Positions 1 through 8,842 of a stretch of 64,000 nucleotides of DNA are shown here, piece by piece; the stretch's first letter is position 1, and the number at the start of each line of letters is the position of its first letter. Source of the DNA: Planctomycetaceae bacterium (GTDB lineage: Bacteria > Planctomycetota > Planctomycetia > Pirellulales > Pirellulaceae); contig JAIYDN010000039.1 of NCBI GenBank assembly GCA_027487485.1, forward strand, positions 36,951 to 100,950, given 5' to 3'. The notes beneath the pieces are model-generated. The model did not search any database. It had not been told where the DNA came from and was given only the letters and a program-made list of their open reading frames with translations. Both the position numbers and the translations under genes were made by a program.

Positions 1-1
1 A

Positions 2-1849
2 GAACGAGGAGCCCCGTTGGCGGGTGTGGTTGTCATCTCGGACGGACGAAGCAACGCGGGACTGGACCCCTTGGTAACGATTTCCGAAGCGTCGCTGCAA
101 GGGGTTCCTATCCATACCGTTGGGATGGGTACGGCCCGCAATCCGCTGAATGTACGTATCATTGACGTGGAAGCCCCCAAGCGAGTCTTCCCCGGGGATC
201 GCTTCAAGTTGACGGCATTGGTCCAGTCGTCGGGTTTGCAAGGAAAGCCGATCACGATCCAGTTGAGGCGACGACCTGGTGGTCAAAAGAACATTGGAAT
301 GTCGATCGAGGAAGAACGCTCGATCACTTTGGAGACGGACGACACGATTTCCACAGTTGAGTTCGAGATCGCTCCCCGTGAAATCGGATCGTGGATCTAC
401 GAAGCCCGAGCCGTTCCGCCTCAGCAAGACGCTAACCCCCAAGACAACTTCGTCGAGACGGAGGTTCGAGTCGTCGAACCGAAATCGACAGTACTCATCG
501 TGGCGGGCGGGCCAACCCGGGAGTATCAATTTGTTCGGAACTTGCTTTATCGCGACCCTACAGTGCAGTCGCATGTTCTGCTCCAAACCAGCGGGCCTGG
601 CGTTTCTCAAGAAGCGAAGAAGATGCTCACCAAGTTCCCGAGCACGCGGGCGGAGATGAGCGAGTACGATTGCGTGATTGGCTTTGACGCGGATTGGACC
701 GCCCTGGACAATGAACAAATCGATGTCCTAGAGAAATGGATCAGCGAACAAGCCGGGGGGCTAGTCATCGTCGCGGGCCCCGTGTCGACCCCGAAATGGG
801 CTGGCAGCCAAGGGAACGGAAATCGCAAAGCGGAAGTGGTGCGCAATTTGTCTCCCTTAGTGGTGAACACGCGAGGTGCGAGATTGGCATCGATCGGTCG
901 GTTTGAATCGGAAACTCCTTGGCCGTTGGCATTCACCAACGAAGCTTGGCAATCCGACTTTACTCAAGTCGCAAAAACGTTGAATGAGAGCAAGGATGCT
1001 TGGGGGCGGTTTCAAGGGGTTTATAGCTTCTTTGCCTGTTATGAACCAAAACCAGGTGCTACCCCAATCGCCATGTTCTCTGATCCAACCGCAGCCATCG
1101 GTAGCAAACAGCCGATCTATTTAGCAACTCATTTTTATGGCGCTGGTCGAGTGGCCTTTCAAGGTGGTGGCGAATTCTGGCGGTTACGTGAAGTGGGTGA
1201 AGAGTATTTTGACACCTACTACACCAAGCTGGTCCGATGGGCTGGCCAGGGACGATTGCTGCGAGATTCCGATCGAGGTATCTTGCTGCTGGACAAGCAA
1301 CAAGCCATCGTTGGGGAACAAGTGATGGTTCGAGCTGTCCTTCGCGACGCATCGTTTCAACCGACGATCATGCCTGAAGCCCAAGCCAAATTGATCGATC
1401 CTTCAGGTCGTTCGACACCTCTGAATCTTGCCCCGATTCCGGATCCGTCGCAACCAGGCGTTTACCTGGGGCAATTTTTTACTAAAGCGTCTGGAACCTA
1501 CGAAGTGCAGTTGCCGGTTGGCGGCTTGGCAGACCAGCAGCTCTTGTCACAACAAGTGACAGTACGTGTCCCGGCCTTGGAGATCCAACGCCCACAACGA
1601 AACGACCCCTTACTGACCGAGCTTGCCAACCGAACAGGAGGCAAGTATTGGATAGGCATGGAGTCGTTAGTGAGCGATGCCAAGATTCTTCCGTTGGTGC
1701 AAGCAATCGAACCCCGTGACCAAACGAACTTCCTGCCAGGCGCACCCGATCGAGAATTCCAACAACGGTTGATGGGAATCTTGATGGCGTTGATCGTGGG
1801 ATGTCTCTCCATGGAATGGCTCATTCGGCGTTTAAGTAAGTTAGCCTAA
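2..1849 (+). CDS. VWA-domain / BatA-like membrane-anchored protein, 5' end cut by the window edge
   Basis: The frame is open back to position 2, with no stop upstream of the TTG at 17. It begins inside a VWA-type 'VVVISDGRSN' block. The C-terminus is a hydrophobic anchor, 'LMGILMALIVGCLSMEWLIRRL'. The ORF runs 1.8 kb without interruption. Confidence 0.6.
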   Translation, partial: ERGAPLAGVVVISDGRSNAGLDPLVTISEASLQGVPIHTVGMGTARNPLNVRIIDVEAPKRVFPGDRFKLTALVQSSGLQGKPITIQLRRRPGGQKNIGMSIEEERSITLETDDTISTVEFEIAPREIGSWIYEARAVPPQQDANPQDNFVETEVRVVEPKSTVLIVAGGPTREYQFVRNLLYRDPTVQSHVLLQTSGPGVSQEAKKMLTKFPSTRAEMSEYDCVIGFDADWTALDNEQIDVLEKWISEQAGGLVIVAGPVSTPKWAGSQGNGNRKAEVVRNLSPLVVNTRGARLASIGRFESETPWPLAFTNEAWQSDFTQVAKTLNESKDAWGRFQGVYSFFACYEPKPGATPIAMFSDPTAAIGSKQPIYLATHFYGAGRVAFQGGGEFWRLREVGEEYFDTYYTKLVRWAGQGRLLRDSDRGILLLDKQQAIVGEQVMVRAVLRDASFQPTIMPEAQAKLIDPSGRSTPLNLAPIPDPSQPGVYLGQFFTKASGTYEVQLPVGGLADQQLLSQQVTVRVPALEIQRPQRNDPLLTELANRTGGKYWIGMESLVSDAKILPLVQAIEPRDQTNFLPGAPDREFQQRLMGILMALIVGCLSMEWLIRRLSKLA

Positions 1850-1880
1850 TATCCTATTCCATCAACGAAAAGATAAATCT

Positions 1881-2966
1881 ATGGATGAAACCTCGAGTGA
1901 ATCCATGAGTGAGTCCAGCGGCGAACAGCCCAAGCCCCAGCCGGACCGACCGCCTCGTCGACAACGTTACGCGGGCAAAAACCCACGGAACTTTTCTGAG
2001 AAGTACAAAGAGCTTCGTTCGGAAGAATATCCAGCGGAAATCGTAAAGATCGTATCGCACGGACGAACCCCCGCGGGAACTCATCGCCCGATCATGGTTG
2101 ACGAGATCATGCTGGCGCTGCGATTGGTTCCAGGAAGTATCGTGGCCGATTGCACGCTTGCTTACGGTGGGCATTCCACGGTGATGTTGAAAGCGATTCA
2201 GCCCAATGGTCGTTTGATTGCCATGGATCATGATCCTTATGAACTGGCAAAAACAGAGTTGCGACTTCGTTCGTACGGTTACCCCGATGAGTCGCTGGTG
2301 ATTCGAAGAATGAACTTCGCGGGCGCAGCCCAATTGATCGCTGCAGAATCCCCAGGCGGGGTGGACGCCATCTTGGTAGATCTTGGAGTGTCATCGATGC
2401 AGCTCGACGATCCGGACCGCGGCTTCAGTTACAAGCTCGACGGTCCTTTGGATATGCGTATGAATCAGATGCGAGGTCGTTCGGCCTCACAGCTTTTGTC
2501 AACTTGGAGTGCGATTCAATTGGCGACCATATTGACGGACAACGCAGATGAACCGAATGCAAAGCTGATCGCTGCAGCGATCGTGCTAGCTCATTCGAAG
2601 CAGCCGTTGGTAACGACGTTTGAGTTGGCTGCAGTGGTTCGTTGTGTACAGCATCTTGAATGTACCGGTGGTTATGAAAGCGCGATACGAAGAGTCTTTC
2701 AGGCAATTCGCATTGAAGTGAATCAAGAGTTCGAGTCACTCGATACGTTCTTGTCGCAACTACCTACATGCCTAAAACCAGGTGGCCGGGTTGCGATTCT
2801 TAGTTTTCATTCCGGCGAAGATCGACGAGTCAAGCAGTGCTTCAAAAAGGGTTTGCAGCAGGGGACTTTTGCTTCGATCTCGAAGGACTTTCAAGTACCA
2901 ACCCACGAAGAGATTTGGAGCAATTCGCGAGCTCGATCGGCAAAGCTTCGTGTGGCAGTCCGATAG
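1881..2966 (+). CDS. rsmH: 16S rRNA (cytosine1402-N4)-methyltransferase RsmH/MraW
   Basis: RsmH blocks are present: 'HRPIMVDEI', 'CTLAYGGHS', 'DLGVSSMQLDDPDRGFSY', 'DGPLDMRMN', 'FQAIRIEVNQEFESL' and 'ILSFHSGEDRRVK'. Confidence 0.9.
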   Translation: MDETSSESMSESSGEQPKPQPDRPPRRQRYAGKNPRNFSEKYKELRSEEYPAEIVKIVSHGRTPAGTHRPIMVDEIMLALRLVPGSIVADCTLAYGGHSTVMLKAIQPNGRLIAMDHDPYELAKTELRLRSYGYPDESLVIRRMNFAGAAQLIAAESPGGVDAILVDLGVSSMQLDDPDRGFSYKLDGPLDMRMNQMRGRSASQLLSTWSAIQLATILTDNADEPNAKLIAAAIVLAHSKQPLVTTFELAAVVRCVQHLECTGGYESAIRRVFQAIRIEVNQEFESLDTFLSQLPTCLKPGGRVAILSFHSGEDRRVKQCFKKGLQQGTFASISKDFQVPTHEEIWSNSRARSAKLRVAVR

Positions 2967-2967
2967 T

Positions 2968-3186
2968 ATGCAGTCGACGCAAACCTCTTCCATGGCCTCA
3001 AACGGGGCTGCTAAGCACATACGCAACGTTCATTGGGTGAATCGGCAATTAGCTTTTCGCTTTATTGAGCCGCTGGCGCTAGTCGCGTTGAGTTTAATTG
3101 CGCTAGATATGTGGTCGCGGCTAGCGCCCGCGGTTCAAGTTAGGACGAAAGATAAAAGAATTCAAAAATGGCGAGACGCACTTTAA
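2968..3186 (+). CDS. Possible small single-pass membrane protein in the FtsL-like position after rsmH
   Basis: The ATG at 2968 lies 2 nt after the rsmH stop. The 72-aa product has one hydrophobic helix, 'FIEPLALVALSLIALDMW'. It overlaps the next gene start by 19 nt and shows no recognisable homology. Confidence 0.3.
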   Translation: MQSTQTSSMASNGAAKHIRNVHWVNRQLAFRFIEPLALVALSLIALDMWSRLAPAVQVRTKDKRIQKWRDAL

Positions 3187-3953
3187 AAGCAACACGAGTC
3201 TTAGTGACGGGGGCCTCCAGTGGCATTGGGCGGGAGATTACGCTGCAATTGTGCAAGCGAGGTGCTCGAGTCTTAGCAACAGCCCGGCGAATCGAACGGC
3301 TAGTAGAGCTTCAAGAGCAGTGCAAGCAACTGGGGTACGATCTGCATATCTTGGCTGGCGATTTGACTCAGCAGCAACATCGAGAAGCTTTGGTGGATGA
3401 AGCCAAGCTGAAATGGGGTGGACTGGATGTCTTAATCAACAATGCGGGGGCCGGTGCGATTGGCCCGTTTTGCGAAGCGACCAGCGAACGTCTGCGAACC
3501 GTCATGGAAATTGATTTCTTTGCCCCCGTGGAGCTAACACGATTGTGTCTTCCACTACTGGAGACGGGAACTCGACCTGCAATCCTGAATATTGGATCCG
3601 TGCTATCGCATCGCGCGGTGCCGAACAAAAGTGAGTATTGTGCGTCCAAGTTTGCGATGCGAGGCTGGTCGGAATCGTTGCGAGTGGAGTTGGCGAGCAA
3701 GAAGATCGAGGTGCTGATGCTGAGTCCCAGCACCACTCGAAGTGAGTTCTTCGACTCATTGGTGGAAACCGATTCGAACCAAAAGAGTCAATCGCTTGGA
3801 AGCATGTCGCCAGAGCAGGTTGCCAAGCAAGCTATCTCTGTGTTGGTGCGTTCGAAGCGAGAAATGATCTTGAGTTTTGGCGGCAAGGCTCTGGTATGGG
3901 CCGGTCGTTTGTTCCCTACAATCACAGATCGCATTCTCGGTCGTTTTCAATGA
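3168..3953 (+). CDS. SDR-family oxidoreductase
   Basis: Carries the cofactor motif 'VLVTGASSGIGRE' (TGxxxGxG), 'NNAGAG' and the catalytic 'YCASK' (YxxxK). Confidence 0.85.
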   Translation: MARRTLKATRVLVTGASSGIGREITLQLCKRGARVLATARRIERLVELQEQCKQLGYDLHILAGDLTQQQHREALVDEAKLKWGGLDVLINNAGAGAIGPFCEATSERLRTVMEIDFFAPVELTRLCLPLLETGTRPAILNIGSVLSHRAVPNKSEYCASKFAMRGWSESLRVELASKKIEVLMLSPSTTRSEFFDSLVETDSNQKSQSLGSMSPEQVAKQAISVLVRSKREMILSFGGKALVWAGRLFPTITDRILGRFQ

Positions 3954-3990
3954 GCGATGCAGGATCGGCAGCCTATGTTATCGCAACCCG

Positions 3991-4710
3991 TTACTTGGAA
4001 TGGCAACCGATGCAGTTATGAGCCAGCTTGGCAGTCGGCTTTGCTTCAAGCCACTTTTTGGCTTCGGTCGAATACTCGGTGTCGGGTAGTTCTTGAAGGA
4101 GTGCCTCCAACTGAGTCTTTGATTCGTCAGCCTTGCCGAGCGAACGGTAGACATCCGCCAATCCCATTCGAAGTTCTCCCAACGGATGTTCGCCGATCTT
4201 GTCGAGTTCATTTTTTTGTTGCTCATAAACTCTTAAGAAGTTAGCAAGCACCCCATTCAGTACTTGCTCACGAATCGGCTTTGGGAGATTGCGAGAGGCG
4301 GGCATTAAGACGGCAGCTCTTGGAATCAGGACACCGATGTTGTCGGGTTCGAGCTCGGAAGCTTTGTCCATGTTTGCGAGCCCGGTTTGCCACAGCTTCA
4401 TTCCTTCCACGACATTCCCTTTGGAAAAATTTTGTCCGCTGAGAAAGACCTGTCCTCCACCAAGCCAAACCATCGCTTCGGCATGTTTCGGGTTATCTTT
4501 GAGAACGCTTTCGCTGGCCTTCATCCCCCGCTCCAAGGCTTGGGTATCACCATTAAAGCCAGCAAAATAATCTTCGCGAACGACTAGATCGAACCGAGTT
4601 GCATTGGGATCCACTTTCGCATCTGTCGAACCATCGTCGAACGCAAGGCTGGCTTGTCCAAGAACCATCGTGCATACCGTCAATGCGAACATTCCAAGGC
4701 TCTTTTTCAT
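3991..4710 (-). CDS. Secreted helical (TPR-like) protein with a C-terminal CxxCH motif
   Basis: Signal peptide 'MKKSLGMFALTVCTMVLGQASLA'. The body is helical and repeat-like. The last nine residues are 'NCIGCHSK', which contains a CxxCH heme-c attachment motif. Confidence 0.6.
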   Translation of the reverse strand: MKKSLGMFALTVCTMVLGQASLAFDDGSTDAKVDPNATRFDLVVREDYFAGFNGDTQALERGMKASESVLKDNPKHAEAMVWLGGGQVFLSGQNFSKGNVVEGMKLWQTGLANMDKASELEPDNIGVLIPRAAVLMPASRNLPKPIREQVLNGVLANFLRVYEQQKNELDKIGEHPLGELRMGLADVYRSLGKADESKTQLEALLQELPDTEYSTEAKKWLEAKPTAKLAHNCIGCHSK

Positions 4711-4923
4711 TTTGCAAGTCTTTTTGATGATGAGGGGGTAACAGTGACTAAGAGTACGAGAACGTTGGACCTAGTTCGATGGAGATTGGTGAATCTTGGC
4801 CATTTTATAAGTTTCCAGGTCTCGATTTTTCAACAGGACGTGGGTCCTGCACTTAATGGGCCACTGGGCTGCGGGCGATAGTTTGATGTTACGTCAAACC
4901 GGAATCCCAGCCACCGTGCTCTT

Positions 4924-5029
4924 GGGAAACGTGGCTTTTCGTGCTCGTACTCAGCACCTTCGGTACTCGTAATCGACCGCGTGTTACGAGTACGAGTACG
5001 AGTACCATTTCATTGAGTACGAGTACGAC
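4924..5029. repeat. Palindromic interspersed repeat built from CTCGTA/GAGTAC hexamer tracts (copy 1 of 2)
   Basis: The sequence 'gggaaacgtg..gtgctcgtactcagc..ggtactcgtaatcga..acgagtacgagtacgagtaccatttcattgagtacgagtacga' shares its flank, core and orientation with 43971-44088. It is intergenic. Confidence 0.8.
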
Positions 5030-5134
5030 AGACAGCCAAAATTCGCAACATCAAGGGCCCTCGCCGCGAAGCATGAATAATCTGGGACAGCCCGTGATAG
5101 CAATAGCATTGTTCGCGGCGGGGTCAGGGCAGGT

Positions 5135-6709
5135 CTACAAGGTTGGTCCTATTGCCCAGGGTACAAATTCATCATCGCCATATCCAAGCAATTCGCTTTT
5201 TGTCTTTTTGCCACTGGCGGTCTCGAGGATAGCATCAAACATCCGATCGCCAGCCTGCTCAATCGTTTCTTCCCCCAGAACGGTTCCCATGTTGAGATCC
5301 ATGTCTTCTGTCATGCGATCGTAAAGTGCCGTGTTCGTGGCGACCTTGATGCTAGGAACAGGTTTGCATCCGAAACAGCTTCCACGGCCCGTGGTGAAAA
5401 CGACGACGTTAGCACCTCCTGCGACCATGCCGGTCACGCAGGCAGGATCAAAGCCGGGTGCATCCATGATCACCAGCCCTTTCGTTTTGACTTGTTCCGC
5501 GTACTGATAGACTCCTTGCAAAGCGGTCGATCCACCTTTGCTGGCGGCGCCCAACGATTTCTCAACGATGGTGGTTAAACCTCCCGCTTTGTTGCCGATC
5601 GAAGGATTGTTATCGATCTCCTCGTTGTACTTACCAACATATTCTTTCCACCACTCAAGTCGTGCAAGAAGCGCGCGCGCGACTTCGGGTGATTGCGCTC
5701 GACGGGTGAACAGTTGTTCGGCGCCGTAGAGTTCGGTCGTTTCTGAAAGAATGGCTGTTCCACCGCATGCGACCACGCGATCTGCTGCGACACCGAGAGC
5801 CGGGTTGGCTGTGATTCCTGAGTATCCATCGGAGCCACCGCATTTCGTTGCTAAGATCAGGTTGTCCGCGGACACGGTTGTTCGTTGCATTGCATCCACC
5901 ACGGGCAAAAGCGAACGAACCAATTCGACGCCTTTCTTAACTGTTGCTTGAGTGCCACCGAGATCTTGAATGGATAGCACAGGAACATTCATGGAGCTAG
6001 AAGTTGAATTGCTCGACGCGACGTTTGTTCCGTTCAACCGAAGAGGAATTAGTTTTTGGGACTTCATCAAGTGCCCCAGAGTGTTTTGTTCGCAACCTAG
6101 ACCGATCAAAACATAGGCTGCGATGTTGGGGTGCCTTGCGATCCCTCCGAGAACTTTGCTCAAGGTTTGATGCTTGATCCCTTCGTAAGCCATACCGCAT
6201 CCGCTGTCGTGTTTGAAAGCCACCACGCCGTCCACGTTCGGGAAGGCTTGTAGTACTTCGGCTGTAAAATGATTCGCAACGTATCGCGACACAGCTGCAG
6301 AACAATTTACGGTGGAGATGACTGCGATGTAATTACGAGTTCCGACCGAGCCGTTTTCTCGCACAAAGCCTTCGAATGTTTTGCCTTGGATTTTCGGGGG
6401 AGCGATTGGTGTTTCCGTCGCAAGGCCTTCAAAATCCATCTTGTGTTCACAGCGCAAGTTATGGCTATGGATATGGTCCCCTGGTCGAATCAGTTCAGTT
6501 GCAATACCGATAGGCCAACCGTACTTATTCACTTCTTGGTGGATTTGGATGGTGTCGGTAGCAATTTTATGGCCGGCTGGTATGTTGGCGGATAAAACAA
6601 CGGAGCCGCTTTCGAGGTCTAGTTTTTGCCCCCTCGTCCAATCCTGAAGCGCCACGATACAATTGTCCTTTGGATTGAGACGTATCCATGTTTTTGGTAC
6701 GTAATTCAT
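5135..6709 (-). CDS. UxaA-family sugar-acid dehydratase (altronate/galactarate dehydratase-like)
   Basis: N-terminal SAF-like segment 'RLNPKDNCIVAL'. Also 'GSVGTRNYIAVISTVNCSA', 'KCGGSDGYSGITANPALG' and 'GGANVVVFTTGRGS'. At 524 aa it matches GarD/UxaA in size. Confidence 0.85.
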   Translation of the reverse strand: MNYVPKTWIRLNPKDNCIVALQDWTRGQKLDLESGSVVLSANIPAGHKIATDTIQIHQEVNKYGWPIGIATELIRPGDHIHSHNLRCEHKMDFEGLATETPIAPPKIQGKTFEGFVRENGSVGTRNYIAVISTVNCSAAVSRYVANHFTAEVLQAFPNVDGVVAFKHDSGCGMAYEGIKHQTLSKVLGGIARHPNIAAYVLIGLGCEQNTLGHLMKSQKLIPLRLNGTNVASSNSTSSSMNVPVLSIQDLGGTQATVKKGVELVRSLLPVVDAMQRTTVSADNLILATKCGGSDGYSGITANPALGVAADRVVACGGTAILSETTELYGAEQLFTRRAQSPEVARALLARLEWWKEYVGKYNEEIDNNPSIGNKAGGLTTIVEKSLGAASKGGSTALQGVYQYAEQVKTKGLVIMDAPGFDPACVTGMVAGGANVVVFTTGRGSCFGCKPVPSIKVATNTALYDRMTEDMDLNMGTVLGEETIEQAGDRMFDAILETASGKKTKSELLGYGDDEFVPWAIGPTL

Positions 6710-6747
6710 CTTACGATTTAGGTCTTTCTAAGGGCTGGAGGCGCATC

Positions 6748-6951
6748 ATGCATCAGGTCAAAATATTCAAAACGGTCGACAACGAGCTAGGTGATTTGGA
6801 ATCTCAGATCAATCGATGGATTGTCGAAACCAAAGCCAACGTCATTGCCATCCATGGTAACATTGCCCCACAGGCTGGCAAACATGGTCTGCAAGGTTCA
6901 TTCAGCTCGTCGGACGTACTGGTGATTGTACTCTACGAAACCGCTTCGTAA
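6748..6951 (+). CDS. Small Cse60-like protein
   Basis: A GGAG lies 8 nt upstream of the ATG. The 67-aa product 'MHQVKIFKTVDNELGDLESQINRWIVE..NVIAIHGNI...VLVIVLYE' resembles the Cse60 small-protein pattern as I recall it. Confidence 0.45.
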   Translation: MHQVKIFKTVDNELGDLESQINRWIVETKANVIAIHGNIAPQAGKHGLQGSFSSSDVLVIVLYETAS

Positions 6952-7071
6952 CCCGTGGCTTGCAAGCCATTCGAACTTGCCTTCGCCCGCGGTTCCCGCA
7001 TGGACTTGCACGGCATTGCAAACAACTTGGTCCACAAGAGAAGACTCGATTTCAAGAAAGTTATGTAGGAA

Positions 7072-7863
7072 ATGGCACGTGTATTGGTACTTGGCGCGCA
7101 TCCCGACGATGCTGAGTTTTTTGCTGGCGGTTTTTTGGCTCGGCACGCCTCCGTTGGCTCGACCCTGCGTTTAGTGAGCGTGACGAACGGTCAATCCGGT
7201 CATCATCAAGTGCCGTCCGAAGAATTGATCCCTCGTCGCCGGGAAGAGGCTAGAAAAGCGGGGCAAGTTTTAAAGTCAGATTACGTGACTTGGGACTTTC
7301 CTGATGGCTATCTTCTTCCAACCATCGAATTGCGGCTGGCGATCATTGAAGAGATTCGCAAATTCGGGCCAGATCTGGTATTAACGCATCGCCCTTTTGA
7401 CTACCATCCCGACCATCGGGCTGTTGGTCAGGCGGTTCAAGACGCATCGTACATGGTGCTTGTCCCGAAGATTGTGCCTCATTTGGAACCACCACGCAGG
7501 GAGCCCATCGTGGCCTACATGGTAGATCTGTTCACCCGACCTTGTCTGTTTCGCGCGGACGTGGCCATGGATGTGTCCGAGCATTGGGAAACCGTAATGG
7601 ATATGCTCGAATGTCATGAATCGCAGTTTTACGAGTGGATGCCTTGGATCGATCGCATTTCCGACTCGGTCCCCCGCATGGGCGAAGATCGTCGTGCATG
7701 GCTAGAAAAGTGGTTTCAAGAAAAGACGGTAGGCCGAATTGCTCGTTTTTGGAACAACCGTCCGGGCCCGGCTCCGAAGCTTGTAGAAGCGTTCGAAATT
7801 TCCGAATACGCGGGCAAAATGTCGTCTGAGCGGATGAGCGAGCTGTTTCCTGGAGTAGGATAA
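7072..7863 (+). CDS. PIG-L (LmbE-like) family deacetylase
   Basis: Carries 'VLVLGAHPDDAEF' and 'HPDHRAVG', the metal-binding motifs of the PIG-L family. Confidence 0.85.
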   Translation: MARVLVLGAHPDDAEFFAGGFLARHASVGSTLRLVSVTNGQSGHHQVPSEELIPRRREEARKAGQVLKSDYVTWDFPDGYLLPTIELRLAIIEEIRKFGPDLVLTHRPFDYHPDHRAVGQAVQDASYMVLVPKIVPHLEPPRREPIVAYMVDLFTRPCLFRADVAMDVSEHWETVMDMLECHESQFYEWMPWIDRISDSVPRMGEDRRAWLEKWFQEKTVGRIARFWNNRPGPAPKLVEAFEISEYAGKMSSERMSELFPGVG

Positions 7864-7961
7864 GCGTTACATTCGTAAAACTCGTCCAGCAGCCTAACCG
7901 CCCAAGGAGAATAGTTGCCTAGGTTCTTGGATTCGATTTGCATCGAATTAGTCTGGAACCT

Positions 7962-8741
7962 ATGAACACAACTATCATCATTCGCACACGGATGGCCTTG
8001 CTGCTTCTGACGTCATGGATGATTCCTTGTTCCGCAAATGCTCAAGAGAAGATCGCTGCGCAGCCGAATTGCTCAAGCGACGTTCGTCCCATTAAGCGGG
8101 TCAAGCCAGCCGCCAAACCTGTGTCGGTGGATTGGACTACATTGCCATCCACTTTCTCTCACGACGATAGCGGGCAACGAGTTGATCAATTTGTTGCACC
8201 CGTTTCGCCAGAAACGGCAGAACGGCCCGATTATGTACGCAGTGGTTTTCGACACACACGCAGCTCTCTCCAGGCCGGCTTCGGAGCCGATCACTATCAC
8301 GTCACGGAACAATGGGGACAACCCGTGCGACCGTACGGCGAATGGCGATATCCAAACCGTCCCTTCAGCGTTCCCTACTCGCAATGGGGCCCTCAATTGC
8401 CTCAAGTTGTTGCAGGCGTTTTGCCATGGCAAGCAGGACCGATCGGACCATGGAACGGAAACGGAGGCCGAGGGCCAAGAGGACCTGGTCAAATCGGGCC
8501 AGGTAATCCAGGCCAAAACCCAAATCAGCCAAACCCGAACCAACCGGGCATCAATCAACCCGATCCATTTGGGCAGGGCCAGTTCGGGCAGGGGGCAGGC
8601 ATGTTTGGGGTCGGTCCCAACAACGTATTACCAGCGAATCAAGACGAGTACTATCATCAAGCCCCGTTCTTCCACGTGCCTGAGGTACCCAACATGCCTA
8701 ACGTGCCCAACATTCCTAACGTACCCAACGTCGTCCCCTAA
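7962..8741 (+). CDS. Secreted protein with a Pro/Gly/Asn/Gln-rich low-complexity C-terminus
   Basis: Signal-like 'MNTTIIIRTRMALLLLTSWMIPCSANA'. The tail reads 'GPGQIGPGNPGQNPNQPNPNQPGINQP' and ends in 'PNMPNVPNIPNVPNVVP'. A TTG at 7938 is an alternative start. Confidence 0.6.
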   Translation: MNTTIIIRTRMALLLLTSWMIPCSANAQEKIAAQPNCSSDVRPIKRVKPAAKPVSVDWTTLPSTFSHDDSGQRVDQFVAPVSPETAERPDYVRSGFRHTRSSLQAGFGADHYHVTEQWGQPVRPYGEWRYPNRPFSVPYSQWGPQLPQVVAGVLPWQAGPIGPWNGNGGRGPRGPGQIGPGNPGQNPNQPNPNQPGINQPDPFGQGQFGQGAGMFGVGPNNVLPANQDEYYHQAPFFHVPEVPNMPNVPNIPNVPNVVP

Positions 8742-8842
8742 GGCATACGTTAAGCCCCTCAATGATCGCAAGGCCCATCGCGCAAATAGAACCGCGTGCC
8801 CCTGCACTTACACCTAACACCTTACACCTTACCGCTCATCTT

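Noticed and set aside
4941-5324. 127-aa ORF containing 'STSTSTISLSTSTT'
   Set aside because: The low-complexity translation comes from the hexamer palindromic repeat, and the 3' part is antisense to the UxaA-family gene. The same applies to ORFs 43796-44128(+) and 43852-44112(-) over repeat copy 2.
8038-8817. 259-aa ORF overlapping 7938-8741 in another frame
   Set aside because: This is the alternative open frame of compositionally biased DNA. The 7962-8741 frame has a signal peptide and coherent sequence, and this frame does not.
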